Source: Acidobacteriota bacterium
GTDB taxonomy: Bacteria; Acidobacteriota; UBA890; WLXD01
NCBI GenBank assembly: GCA_963666215.2
Contig: CAXWPL010000002.1
Coordinates: forward strand, 256,001 to 320,000
DNA: 64,000 nt
Direction of reading: 5' to 3'
Position 1 is the first letter of the stretch. Each line of letters opens with the position of its first letter. Below the pieces are notes generated by a model, which was not told the DNA's origin, searched no databases, and saw only the letters and a list, made by a program, of their open reading frames with translations. The position numbers and the translations under genes were made by a program. Positions 28,748 through 38,659 of this stretch are shown in pieces.

Positions 28748-30276
28748 TGCCGCTCGACGCCAACACCCTGGTCAATCTGGCGGTTGTGCTCGTCTACTTC
28801 GGAGCGACGCTGTGGCTCGGCGCCCGGATGGGCAGCGGCAACGACGTCGAGGATTATTTTCTCGCCGGTCGAGAGATGCCCTGGTGGAGTGCCAGCCTGT
28901 CGATCGTTGGCACCGAGACTTCGACGCTGACGTTCGTCGGCGTACCGGCGATTGCCTACGGTGGCGACCTGACCTTCCTGCAGGTCGCTCTGGGCTACGT
29001 GATCGGGCGCTTCGTCGTGGCCTGGCTCCTGGTGCCGGCCTACTTTGCCGGCCATGTGCTCACCGCGTACGAGCTGCTGGCCCAGCGCTTCGGCGGCGGC
29101 GTCCAGCGGTTCGCGTCGTTGATCTTTCTCGTTTCCCGGGTGCTGGCCGATGGCGTTCGGCTGTTCTCGACGGCGCTCGTGTTGCAGGCGCTGCTGCCGC
29201 TGTCGTTGCCGGTCTCGATCGGGCTGATCGCCGGCATAACGCTTGTCTATACGTTGCGCGGCGGGCTCCGGGCCGTCATCTGGAACGACGCGGTGCAGCT
29301 TGTGGTGTATGTCGCCGGGGCTGCCGTCGCAGGGCTCTTTCTAATCAACCGCATCCCGGGAGGATGGGCAGGAGCGACACAAATCCTCGCGCCGCTGAAC
29401 AAGCTCCGAGTTCTGGATTTCGGTTGGGACTGGGCCAACCCCTACGTGTTCTGGGCCGGTGTGATCGGTGGGGCCACCCTGACAACAGCCACTCACGGTA
29501 CCGACCAGATGTTTGTACAGCGGTTGCTCGCCTGCCGTTCCGCGCGCGCCGCGAGACGCGCCGTGATCGTCAGTGGGGGCCTGGTATTGGCGCAGATGGC
29601 TCTCTTCTTGCTCATCGGCTCGCTGCTCTTCGCCTTCTATCAAACCCATCCACCGGCGGTGCCGTTCGCTTCGAACGATCAAGTGTTCGCGCGCTTCATC
29701 GCCGAGGAGATGCCGGTGGGTCTGAGCGGACTGGTGATCGCGGCCGTCTTCGCCGCGGCGATGTCGACGCTGTCGTCGTCGATGAGCTCGCTGGCCTCCG
29801 CGTCGACACTCGATTTTCTTCTCGGTCGAGGGACAATCGACAGATCAATTCCGGCGTCGGCGCAGCGTGATGCCCTGAGGCTGGCTCAACACGAGCGAGC
29901 GATGCGACTCTCGCGCTGGACGACGATCCTGGCGGCGATCGCCTTGGCGGTCGTAGCCGGGCTCGCACGAGCATGGGGCTCGGTACTCGAAGTCGGCCTG
30001 ACGATAACGTCGATCACCTTCGGGGCCGTTCTGGGGATCTTTCTCGTGGGCCTCCTCGGCTGGCAGCTGCGTCAGGGGGGTGCGATCGTATCGATGCTGG
30101 CCGGCCTGGTGGCGGCACTTGCCGTACAGCAGGCCGGAGTGGTCGCCTGGACCTGGTTAACCCCACTCGGGGCGCTGACGACGGTCGCCGTCGCCGCGTT
30201 GGCCTCGCTGCGAGCGCCGCCCGCGTCGTCTGTTTCCTCCACATCCTCTCCGTCCTCTGAGCCGCCAGCGTCGTAG
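28747..30276 (+). CDS. Sodium:solute symporter (SSS family)
   Basis: DYFLAGR..PWW, ETSTLTF, TAYE.L..RFG, GGLRAVIW.D, DQ..VQR, AAMSTLSS; TGATG coupling to murQ. Confidence 0.9.
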   Translation: MPLDANTLVNLAVVLVYFGATLWLGARMGSGNDVEDYFLAGREMPWWSASLSIVGTETSTLTFVGVPAIAYGGDLTFLQVALGYVIGRFVVAWLLVPAYFAGHVLTAYELLAQRFGGGVQRFASLIFLVSRVLADGVRLFSTALVLQALLPLSLPVSIGLIAGITLVYTLRGGLRAVIWNDAVQLVVYVAGAAVAGLFLINRIPGGWAGATQILAPLNKLRVLDFGWDWANPYVFWAGVIGGATLTTATHGTDQMFVQRLLACRSARAARRAVIVSGGLVLAQMALFLLIGSLLFAFYQTHPPAVPFASNDQVFARFIAEEMPVGLSGLVIAAVFAAAMSTLSSSMSSLASASTLDFLLGRGTIDRSIPASAQRDALRLAQHERAMRLSRWTTILAAIALAVVAGLARAWGSVLEVGLTITSITFGAVLGIFLVGLLGWQLRQGGAIVSMLAGLVAALAVQQAGVVAWTWLTPLGALTTVAVAALASLRAPPASSVSSTSSPSSEPPAS

Positions 30277-30346
30277 GCCAGTTCTCACCGGGGCAGGTTC
30301 CGGCCCCCGAGGCGGCTCACCGTTGAAAGGACCCGTCGACAGGCGC

Positions 30347-30374
30347 GAAACTCGACGGCCACGGGGCGCGTAAT
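30347..30374 (+). promoter_or_regulatory. Possible ECF-sigma promoter
   Basis: GAAAC-17 nt-CGTAAT upstream of the DUF4097 gene, similar to SigW-type TGAAAC-N16-CGTA. Confidence 0.35.
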
Positions 30375-30460
30375 CTAGCTACGGGGGTCGACGTCGAGTT
30401 GACGACGCGATCCCATCTGCTCAGCTTCTCGTGTAACGGGCACATCTTGCGGAGACCATC

Positions 30461-31789
30461 ATGATCACAGAGAGACGTTCGGGCGCGGCGTCGGCCCCAC
30501 TGAGCACGCGGAGGCGTTCTTTCGGACGATCGGCGATTGCACTCCGCACCGACGACGGGGGATCTGGGAGATCGGTACGGCGTCGCGCTCTGCTGGCGAT
30601 CGTGGCCTCGGCCGCGTCGCTGTCGATCGGTTGTGTGGCCAACGTTTCGCAGGCGCCGCCTCTACCGGCGCAACACGAACGACCGATCGAGCTCCAAACC
30701 AGCGTTTCGTCCGCGACCGTGATCGAGCTCGAGAATCTCGTGGGCCACATCCGCGGCGAGACGAATTCCGGTGGCACCAATGAGCTCGAACTGGTGGGCA
30801 CCGTGTATGCCCACGGCCAAACCGACGAGGCCGCCCGAGAGCTCGCCGAGACGATCGACATCCAGGTCAATCGTGCTGACGGGCGTTTGCAGATCCACGT
30901 GGCCTATCCGACCGAGATCTATCGAAGCTTCCACTACCCGAAGGGCAAGGGCGAGGTCGGCGGGGTGTTCGCAGCTTGGTTTCAGAGCAACAGCGAAATC
31001 AAGTACCAGGGCACCCGAGTCGGGGTATCGAGTAGCCGCCGTGCCGACGCGGCCAGCCTGTTCGTCGATCTCACATTGCGGCTTCCGGCCGGCGCGAAGG
31101 CCCGTATCACCAATGGCGTGGGCGACGCGGCCATCGTTGCCGCAGTCGGCGACATCAGCCTGCGCACGGGGGGTGGCGGCATTGAGGCGATCGGGGGACA
31201 AGGCGAATTCATACTCGACACGGGCTCGGGAGCGGTGACGGTGCGCGATCATCAGGGCGACGTTAACGCAGACACCGGCTCGGGTGCTGTCGAGATCGCC
31301 GAGCTCACGGGCGACTGGGTGCGTGTCGACACGGGTTCCGGACGCGTGCGCCTCGTCGATGTCGAGGCCGGGGAGATGAATGTCGACACGGGCTCGGGCT
31401 CAGTGATCCTCGAGCGGGTCGCCGGGTCGATTATCGTTGATACGGGATCGGGGTCAGTTCGCGGTAGCGAGCTCGTCTGCGGCGAGCGGCTCTACGTTGA
31501 CACCGGCAGTGGAAGTGTGACGATCGCGGGTGATCTGTCACGCACACGGAGCATCCAGGTCGACACCGGCTCGGGCGCGGTGGATCTTCTACTGAGCGCG
31601 GTACCTGCTTCGATGAGCGTGCGGCTTTCCACTTCGAGCGGCGGCATCGACGTCAACCTGCCGGGAATCGAGGCGTCGCGCCATACGCGTAGCACGTTCG
31701 TTGGCGCTCTCGGTGGCGGCGAGGGCGCGGAGATGCTCGTCGAGTCGGGCAACGGCCGTATCCGCGTTCACGCCGAAACAGGCAACTGA
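30461..31789 (+). CDS. DUF4097 (putative adhesin) beta-repeat lipoprotein
   Basis: RRR-hydrophobic-SIGC lipobox; about ten (V/L/A)DTGSG-type repeats. Start uncertain. Confidence 0.75.
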   Translation: MITERRSGAASAPLSTRRRSFGRSAIALRTDDGGSGRSVRRRALLAIVASAASLSIGCVANVSQAPPLPAQHERPIELQTSVSSATVIELENLVGHIRGETNSGGTNELELVGTVYAHGQTDEAARELAETIDIQVNRADGRLQIHVAYPTEIYRSFHYPKGKGEVGGVFAAWFQSNSEIKYQGTRVGVSSSRRADAASLFVDLTLRLPAGAKARITNGVGDAAIVAAVGDISLRTGGGGIEAIGGQGEFILDTGSGAVTVRDHQGDVNADTGSGAVEIAELTGDWVRVDTGSGRVRLVDVEAGEMNVDTGSGSVILERVAGSIIVDTGSGSVRGSELVCGERLYVDTGSGSVTIAGDLSRTRSIQVDTGSGAVDLLLSAVPASMSVRLSTSSGGIDVNLPGIEASRHTRSTFVGALGGGEGAEMLVESGNGRIRVHAETGN

Positions 31790-31866
31790 GCGTTCCTGAC
31801 GGTCTCTTGACGCCGGCGCTCCAAAACCCCGCGATCGCGCCGCCGTTCCTGTCGGGTTCTGGCGAT

Positions 31867-33081
31867 TCAGATCGAATGCAGAATGTCGTCAGCGCGCAAC
31901 TCGTGCGCGAGCGAGTCGACGACATCGATCATATTGCCGTTCTTGGCAAATACGGCGCGCTGCCGTCGGAACGAAGCACCGACTTCGAGCATCTCGCGAA
32001 TCGCCACCAACTCGGAGTGGCAACGGAGCCGCTTGGCCACGGGCTCGAGGCTTTCGACGAGCGCTAGGGTCTGAGCCTCCAGGCCATCGATGGTTCCGGC
32101 GTCGTCGCAGATGATCTGCGCGTCCTGCCCAAAGCGCGCAGCCCGCCACTTGTTCTCGGCCACGACCCAGTAGCGCCGTACCGGAAGGAACTCGCCGTTG
32201 TCGTAGAGCTCGCCGAGGCGCACAACCAGACACTGGATCAGCGCGGCGAGGGCCAGGTTCTCCTTGATTGTCGGAAGCGCGTCGGCGATACGGATCTCGA
32301 TGGTCCCGAACACCGGGTGCGGGCGGATGTCCCACCACACCTCGCGGATACTGGTGATCGCGCCGGCGTGGGTAAGCGTGTTCATGAACCGCTGGAACTC
32401 GCCCCAGTTGATCATTCGGTAGGGCAGTCCGGCCGAGGGCAGCGATTCGAAGATCTTCACGCGTACCGAGGCCAGGCCGGTGTCTTCGCCGTGCCAGAAC
32501 GGACTCGAGGCCGACAGCGCCAGCAGGTGCGGCAGGAAAGTCGCCAGGGAGTTCGAGATGGCGATCGCTTTCTCGCCGCTGCTCACACCTACGTGCACGT
32601 GCAGGCCGAAGATCATCAGGCGTCGCACCGGCCACTGCATGCGATCGAGCATCTCCTGGTAGCGATCTTCTTCGGTAATCTCCTGGCTCTCCCAGCGGGA
32701 AAACGGATGCGTGCCGGCCGACACAAGCCCGTAGCCGTGCTTGTCGGCGCTCGCTTGAATGAGCGCCAAGCGCTCGTTGAGCGACTCGCGCGCCTCGCCG
32801 ATGTCGTTGCAGGGACCAACGTTCATCTCAACGGTCGACTGCAACAACTCCGGCTTCACCCAATCGGCCCCTGGGAAATCGCTCAGAATCGCCGGGCCGC
32901 CCGATACCAGCTGCCGCGTTTCCGGGTCGATGATCTGAAGCTCGAGCTCCATGCCAAGGGTGGGCTCGGGGCAGTTGTTGAAGACGATCTTGTTGACCTC
33001 TCCCTTGTGGGTGGCGTACCACGGGCCGGGCCGGGAGCCGTCGGGCTGGCTGCTGTGCTCGGATTCTTTTGGGGAACTCAT
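31867..33081 (-). CDS. ybdK: YbdK-family carboxylate-amine (glutamate-cysteine) ligase
   Basis: TLGMELELQ, AGTHPF, FGLHVHVG, ALSASSPFW, WWDIRP, TIEIRIAD, ENKWRAARFG; ATGA overlap with upstream stop. Confidence 0.88.
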   Translation of the reverse strand: MSSPKESEHSSQPDGSRPGPWYATHKGEVNKIVFNNCPEPTLGMELELQIIDPETRQLVSGGPAILSDFPGADWVKPELLQSTVEMNVGPCNDIGEARESLNERLALIQASADKHGYGLVSAGTHPFSRWESQEITEEDRYQEMLDRMQWPVRRLMIFGLHVHVGVSSGEKAIAISNSLATFLPHLLALSASSPFWHGEDTGLASVRVKIFESLPSAGLPYRMINWGEFQRFMNTLTHAGAITSIREVWWDIRPHPVFGTIEIRIADALPTIKENLALAALIQCLVVRLGELYDNGEFLPVRRYWVVAENKWRAARFGQDAQIICDDAGTIDGLEAQTLALVESLEPVAKRLRCHSELVAIREMLEVGASFRRQRAVFAKNGNMIDVVDSLAHELRADDILHSI

Positions 33082-36000
33082 CGTCGAAACTCGATTTGCA
33101 ACTCGGCGCTCTGGTAGCTTTCTCCGGCGCCAGGAATCCTGAAGGCGAACGTCGCGCGACCCGGACCCGCTGCGACTACGCTGGCGCCGGGAACCCCGCG
33201 AACCGCGGCGATACGCCATGGCGTTGCCAGAGCAACACGGTACTCCCGACCCGGCAGGCCCTCTACCTTGAGCGTCTGGTACCCCGAACGGAAGATGCTG
33301 TCGATGATTCGCAACTGAGTGCTGCCAGCGCCCGGCTCGAGCGCTGGCGACGGCGGAATGATCTGCGGGAACGGGCTGTGTCGGAAGGCCACGTGGCCCT
33401 CCGATTCGGTCAATGTGGCGCGAACCACAGCCTCTTTTTCGACCACCAGATCGACGATGTCTTCGCCTGGATCCGTGATGGCGACGCCCGATGTTGCGTC
33501 ACGGTCGAGATTGACGAGCACATCGCGTGGTACCGGCAGCGCGAGCTCGAACACGATGTCGCTGCCGCCCGCGAGGCGCTCGATGTGGAACGAGCTTCGC
33601 TCCGGCTGGCGCTCGAAAGTGATGCGGAAGGCATCTTTTCCGACGCGCACGGGCTGGGCGACGACGTTGTCCCAACCGCCGGGCAGATGCGGCGCGAACC
33701 GCAGCGTGCCCTGCATGGCGTCCTGTCGGATTCCGAGCATGCCCTCCACGGCCGGCAGAATGGCCATGGCCTGCGACCAGGCACGGTGGGAGGTCGTGCC
33801 CACCGCCTCGAAGCGATCGCCGTGCAGGCCCTCGGTGATGTAGCCAAGGTTACCGTGGCGGTACAGACGCAGGTTCTGATTGAGCCGCATGTAGGCCGGG
33901 AGCGGGAGGTGAGAGACGTACCCGGCCAGCGACACCCAGCCGCCGTACAGCGGCCAGACGGCGCCGCGGTGATTGCTCGTGGGGTCGTACGCAGGGTGAG
34001 ACGCCTCGCTCATGCGCACGCCCCAGTCGGTGGTGAACTCGGCCCCCGCCAGACGCGCCAGCACGGCGCGCCCCTTGGCGTCGTCGAGCACCCGAAAGAG
34101 CATCGGCACCGCGGGCATCACGGTGCGCTCCTCGATCGCCGTGCCGTCGGCACGCAAGCCCTGGCGGAAGTGGCGCAGGTCGTCGTCCCAGAAGATCTCG
34201 TCGAGAGCTCGGCGCACGGTTGGCGCAAGCTCGCGCGCGCGTGCCAGCAACTCCTCGTCGTCGATCCAGCTAGCCAGCCGCTCGAGAGCGTCGAGAGACG
34301 CTGCCCACAGCCCGGCGAGATACAGCGTCGTGTGACCACGATTGACGGGACCCTCGTCGATCCATCCGTGCCCGATTCCGGTGTTCTCGATCAGGCCGTC
34401 GCCGTCGGTGTCGGTTGACTCGAGAAACGCGAACGCCGCGCGCACGCTCGGCCAAAGGCTGCGCAACAGCTCGCGGTCGCCGGTGGCGCGGATGTGATGG
34501 TCGAGGCCGATGAGAAAGAGCGGCGTCGAGTCGGCCGCGTCGTAGTGCACAGCGGCCTTGGGCGAGATCTCATGCGCGATTTTGCCGTCGACGTCCTGGT
34601 AGCGCGCCAGCAGCCGCAGCGTTTCGCTGGCCAAGTCGGTGCCGCCGTACGCGTCGGCGGCGAGCCCGCTCCACAGGCCATCGCGTCCGAAAAACCACGC
34701 GTAACCCGGGCGCCGTTCAAAATCATTGTCGCGCGTCCAGCTCGCCGCGCCGCGGTCGTCCAAACGCGATTCGGGGCTCGCGCCGTAGCCCGCGACAATG
34801 CCGGTGCCGACGTCGGGTGCCGTTACGCGAAGCGCCTCGAGACCCGCCTTGGCCCACAAGAACGCCTCGTTGAAGGTGGGATCGGGTGTCACGACGTCGA
34901 GCGTCTCGGCGAGGAGACGCCGGTAGTGGTTGGCGTTTTCTGCCCACACCGAGGCTGGATCGGAAAGCAGCTCGAGATAACTCGTGCGCGCTCCCGCGAG
35001 ATCGGCGTCGCGCCCGGTTGTAGCGGCGAGACTGAAGACGATGGCGGCCGTCTCGTCGGTGGGCAACGCTACCCGCAACGTGACGGGGCTGACATCGGCG
35101 GCCGGTGTGCCCGGACTCGTCGTTGATGTGGGCCCGTCGCCAGCACCGGCGTTGCTGTAGACGACGTCTGTGGGAGGGCGACCGAAGCCGGCGTAGACGT
35201 TGATCCCGGCTCCACGCGACGGGCTGTTCCGCCAGGCGAGCGCCTGCACGGTGCTGTCCCAGACGATTTGCGGTGGGTCGGCCTCGGCGTGCGGCCACAT
35301 CGGCTGCGCCTCTGCAGTCCAGCTAGCTACGAGCTCACGGCCGCCGCGACCGGGCTCATCCGCTATTTCGAAGAGCGCCACGAGGCCGCCGACGTCGCGC
35401 CGGACAGCCAGGTGCATGTTGACCTCGGCGCCGTCGAGCTCGTAGCTGAAGCTCACGCCTTCCGGTCGCGCGACGAACGACAAGGCGCGTGTCTCGTGCA
35501 GCCACGTCGGAGCGCCCCCGGGAGCCGCAAGGCCGAAGCGCAGCCCAACAGCGACGCGTCCCGGATAGGCCCACACTTCGTCGATGCGGCCGTTCTGGTC
35601 GCCGTTGATGAGCGTCCGAGGCGACGCCAGATTGAATGGTGTGCGGCTGCCATCGCTGGCAGGGGTGGTCTCGAGCTCGAGCCCGGAGCGTGCCGCGGCA
35701 ACCGCTTCAAGTGTCGCTCTGCCGTCCGCTAGCTGTGGCCCGAGTCCGGCGGACTGCTCGATCGCGATCCCGATCTGCAGCTCTTCGGTGCCGGCCTGGC
35801 GCCAGTAGGTGGCCGTGGTGCCGAGGGACGGCCGATCGGCCCCGCCTTCGATGGTCTCGGGCGCCGCAGCCGCCGCGGTCGGGGCCACTGGCCCGCCCAC
35901 GTCGCTCGGGGTCAGCGCTACAACCGGAGCCCCCGTGGACGGGATGGCCGCGCCCGTAGGCGTGGGCGGAAGACTGCCTTCGAGGTAGGTCAGCAGATCA

Positions 36001-36797
36001 GTAAACAGCAGCTCGAGGTGGAGCCGCTGGCGGTTCGAGCGATCGGCGAAGTAGGGGCCCTGCCCGAGAGTGACCACGAGGCCGCCGCGGTGTCCCTCGT
36101 CGGGTGGGTATTCGAGGCCGACCTTCGTGTCGCTATCGATCCGAATGGCGCGGCGGCCAACCGCCCACACCCGTCCTTGATCGGGCCAGGTCGAGGCGCT
36201 GTATCGAGCTACCGGATACGACAGTTCGGGGCTCGGCGCATGGATGTATGTCCCTCCCCAAAATCGCCGCAGCAGCGGGTGGCCAGCATACGACTGCACC
36301 CCGACGAGCAGGCGATCGTCGTCAGCCCAGCGGGTGAACTCTGAGCCCGGTGCGAATCGCACTTCGTCGGGGCCGCGCGTCTCGAGGCCGAGCGGCACGG
36401 TGTACTGCGCCGCAAAGAGCGTCAGCAGTAACGCCCCGTCAGACGCGATATGCGCGCGAATCGCGGCCAGCAGCCGTGGGTCGAACGCTGCCGACGGAAG
36501 CTCCGGGTCGCGAGCGTAGTGCCACCAGAGCAGACTGGAGGAAGTCAGCCGGCGGCCGGCCAGGTCGATGAGCTGCACCACCTCGACGTCGATTCCCGGC
36601 TGCTCTCGCAACCACATGAGCGCCGCGGCTTCCTCGGGTGCCAGCGAGGCCTCGAGCCCGTGGGTCAGGAAGGCGACGTGTCGAGGCTCTTCTCCGCGCC
36701 CGGCGAGTGCGGCCGGTCCTGCTCCATCGCCGCAGTGGGTGCCCAGGGCGAGAACGGCCAGCAGAGCAAGGGCCGTAGCCCGGCGTCGTTGCGGCAG
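33078..36797 (-). CDS. Large glycoside hydrolase with (alpha/alpha)6 amylo-alpha-1,6-glucosidase-like domain, probable lipoprotein
   Basis: RPGYAWFFGRD, GKIAHE, HYDAADSTPLF, DGDGLIEN, GAVWPL, WSQAM. Frame is open upstream of ATG 36617 to a CTG at 36797 encoding a lipoprotein-like signal (LALGTHC). Confidence 0.75.
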   Translation of the reverse strand: MPQRRRATALALLAVLALGTHCGDGAGPAALAGRGEEPRHVAFLTHGLEASLAPEEAAALMWLREQPGIDVEVVQLIDLAGRRLTSSSLLWWHYARDPELPSAAFDPRLLAAIRAHIASDGALLLTLFAAQYTVPLGLETRGPDEVRFAPGSEFTRWADDDRLLVGVQSYAGHPLLRRFWGGTYIHAPSPELSYPVARYSASTWPDQGRVWAVGRRAIRIDSDTKVGLEYPPDEGHRGGLVVTLGQGPYFADRSNRQRLHLELLFTDLLTYLEGSLPPTPTGAAIPSTGAPVVALTPSDVGGPVAPTAAAAAPETIEGGADRPSLGTTATYWRQAGTEELQIGIAIEQSAGLGPQLADGRATLEAVAAARSGLELETTPASDGSRTPFNLASPRTLINGDQNGRIDEVWAYPGRVAVGLRFGLAAPGGAPTWLHETRALSFVARPEGVSFSYELDGAEVNMHLAVRRDVGGLVALFEIADEPGRGGRELVASWTAEAQPMWPHAEADPPQIVWDSTVQALAWRNSPSRGAGINVYAGFGRPPTDVVYSNAGAGDGPTSTTSPGTPAADVSPVTLRVALPTDETAAIVFSLAATTGRDADLAGARTSYLELLSDPASVWAENANHYRRLLAETLDVVTPDPTFNEAFLWAKAGLEALRVTAPDVGTGIVAGYGASPESRLDDRGAASWTRDNDFERRPGYAWFFGRDGLWSGLAADAYGGTDLASETLRLLARYQDVDGKIAHEISPKAAVHYDAADSTPLFLIGLDHHIRATGDRELLRSLWPSVRAAFAFLESTDTDGDGLIENTGIGHGWIDEGPVNRGHTTLYLAGLWAASLDALERLASWIDDEELLARARELAPTVRRALDEIFWDDDLRHFRQGLRADGTAIEERTVMPAVPMLFRVLDDAKGRAVLARLAGAEFTTDWGVRMSEASHPAYDPTSNHRGAVWPLYGGWVSLAGYVSHLPLPAYMRLNQNLRLYRHGNLGYITEGLHGDRFEAVGTTSHRAWSQAMAILPAVEGMLGIRQDAMQGTLRFAPHLPGGWDNVVAQPVRVGKDAFRITFERQPERSSFHIERLAGGSDIVFELALPVPRDVLVNLDRDATSGVAITDPGEDIVDLVVEKEAVVRATLTESEGHVAFRHSPFPQIIPPSPALEPGAGSTQLRIIDSIFRSGYQTLKVEGLPGREYRVALATPWRIAAVRGVPGASVVAAGPGRATFAFRIPGAGESYQSAELQIEFRR

Positions 36798-36801
36798 AGC
36801 G

Positions 36802-38493
36802 TTACCGTTGGTTGCCGCCGAGACCGGCGAGCGAGATGTCGAAGCCGAAGCTGCTTAGCAGCGTGCCCTTGACCTGCTCGAGCCGGGCGATCGCGTTGTT
36901 GAAGTTGATGATCGCCTGCAGCTCCGAGCTGCGTGAGGTTGCGAGCTGGCGCTGGAATTCGAGCACCTGGAAGTTGGTCGAGGTGCCTACGGCGAACTTT
37001 CGCCCCTCGGCATCGAGCTGGCGCTCGGCGAGCTCACGCGCCGTGATCGCCTGTGCCACCTGTTCTACGCCGCTCTCGACTTGGCGGGCCGCTTTCGTCA
37101 CATCCACGCGAACCTGCTGCTCCTGGTCGGCGATTTGTGTGAGCACGTTGCGCTCGTTTATCGAGGCCTGCGCGTAGGCCGCCTTGGCAGCCCAGTTGCG
37201 CAGCGGAAAGTTGACGGTAAGTCCGACGCTCCAGTTGCGGAAGTTCCCCGACAGGAGGTTCTGCAGCGCATCGTTGATGCCGCCCTGCTGAACTTCGAGG
37301 ACGTCTGACGACCCGAACCCGCCGGAAGTGACGATACGGTCACCGCCCTGACCCGACAGCTGAATCGAGCCGTTGAAGGTCAGTTGTGGCAGAAGCGCGT
37401 TGCGCTGGACCCTCAAGTTGAGCTTGCGACTCTCCAAATCGATCCGCAGTCGACGCAACGACGGAGCCTGCTCCAGCGCGTCGGCGATGGCGGCCTGCGT
37501 GTCGATCGGCTCGGTGGTCACCTGCGGATCGTCGGTGGGAACAATGCTCACCGCCCAACCGCCCGAGAGGCCGCTGTCGGCGTTGATGAGTCGCTTCAGG
37601 TCGTCTTGGGCATCGCGCAACGCGACCTGCGACTGGATCAACTGCAGCTGATTCTGCGCTACTTGCTGCTCCGACTGGATCGTCTCGATCGGGGCCAGTG
37701 TGCCGATTTCCACCTGGATTCGGTTGCGCTCGAGCTGCCTGTTGGACAGGTCGAGGGAGAGCTGCTTGACCTCGAGGTCGCGCACGGCGAGCACGAGCTG
37801 CCAGTAGGCCTGTTGCGTCTGAAAGATGGTCTGTTCCACAGACTGGAGAAAACTCTCCTTGCTGCCCTCCCAGCCGTTCCGCGCCGTGATGAGGTTGGCG
37901 CGGTTGATCTCGCGTCCGAAACCACGCAGGAGTTGCTGCGTCACGCTCAGCGTCGCGCTCGTACCGATCTGCGGGTTGAGTGTGCTGAACGTGTTGTTCG
38001 TGACATTGCGGTTGGTGTTGCCGGTGAGCGACCAGTTGGTACCGGTGGTCAGCGTCTCCGAAAAACTGAAGCTCGCATTGATGCGCTCCGACGTCAGGAC
38101 GTCCGCACCCGACAGCTGCGTGGTTCCCTGCGACGAGGAGCGGTTGAATGTCTGGGGTAGCTGGAACTGGATCTGCGGATCGAACTGGGCGCGGGCGTTC
38201 GTGATCTGTTCTTCGCTCAGATCAGGCTGGTAGGAGTTGATCTGAACCTGGAGGTTGTGGCGCAGCGCTAGGTCGACGGCGTCGAGCAGGCTGAGCTCCA
38301 CGGCCGGCTCCTGTTCTTCCCCACGCGCGGCCTGCGGCTCAGCCTGTTGCCGCGTGATAGGCGAGGCCTGGGGGCCGATTGCTTGGGCGTTGAGAACGCC
38401 GACGGGCGAAAGAGTGGCGAAGGCGGCCAGCAGTCCGATCCCCGCCGCGAGTGGCGACGACGTCGATATTCTGCCGGGCTGTCGAATCTGCAT
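36802..38493 (-). CDS. TolC-family outer membrane efflux protein
   Basis: Signal peptide; LSL.DAV.LAL..N, AYWQL, LLPQL, W..GL....PL, KF.VG.ST.F.VL OEP repeats. Confidence 0.9.
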   Translation of the reverse strand: MQIRQPGRISTSSPLAAGIGLLAAFATLSPVGVLNAQAIGPQASPITRQQAEPQAARGEEQEPAVELSLLDAVDLALRHNLQVQINSYQPDLSEEQITNARAQFDPQIQFQLPQTFNRSSSQGTTQLSGADVLTSERINASFSFSETLTTGTNWSLTGNTNRNVTNNTFSTLNPQIGTSATLSVTQQLLRGFGREINRANLITARNGWEGSKESFLQSVEQTIFQTQQAYWQLVLAVRDLEVKQLSLDLSNRQLERNRIQVEIGTLAPIETIQSEQQVAQNQLQLIQSQVALRDAQDDLKRLINADSGLSGGWAVSIVPTDDPQVTTEPIDTQAAIADALEQAPSLRRLRIDLESRKLNLRVQRNALLPQLTFNGSIQLSGQGGDRIVTSGGFGSSDVLEVQQGGINDALQNLLSGNFRNWSVGLTVNFPLRNWAAKAAYAQASINERNVLTQIADQEQQVRVDVTKAARQVESGVEQVAQAITARELAERQLDAEGRKFAVGTSTNFQVLEFQRQLATSRSSELQAIINFNNAIARLEQVKGTLLSSFGFDISLAGLGGNQR

Positions 38494-38659
38494 GCGGGTC
38501 CGTCCTCCTGACGGGCTGGGCGCAGCTTCGTATTGTTGGGACGCGGGAAGGCCGAAGCAAGTCGATAAGAAAAGGAAGCGCGAGCGCGCGGCTCTCAAGC
38601 TACCGGATGAGTGCCAATAGGATCCTGTTTTCGGCGCGGTTACGTGTGCGGCAAGCCCC

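Noticed and set aside
31160-31760. Regularly spaced GACACGGGCTCGGG-like repeats resembling a CRISPR array
   Set aside because: They are degenerate, in-frame codons for the DTGSG repeats of the DUF4097 protein; no cas genes.
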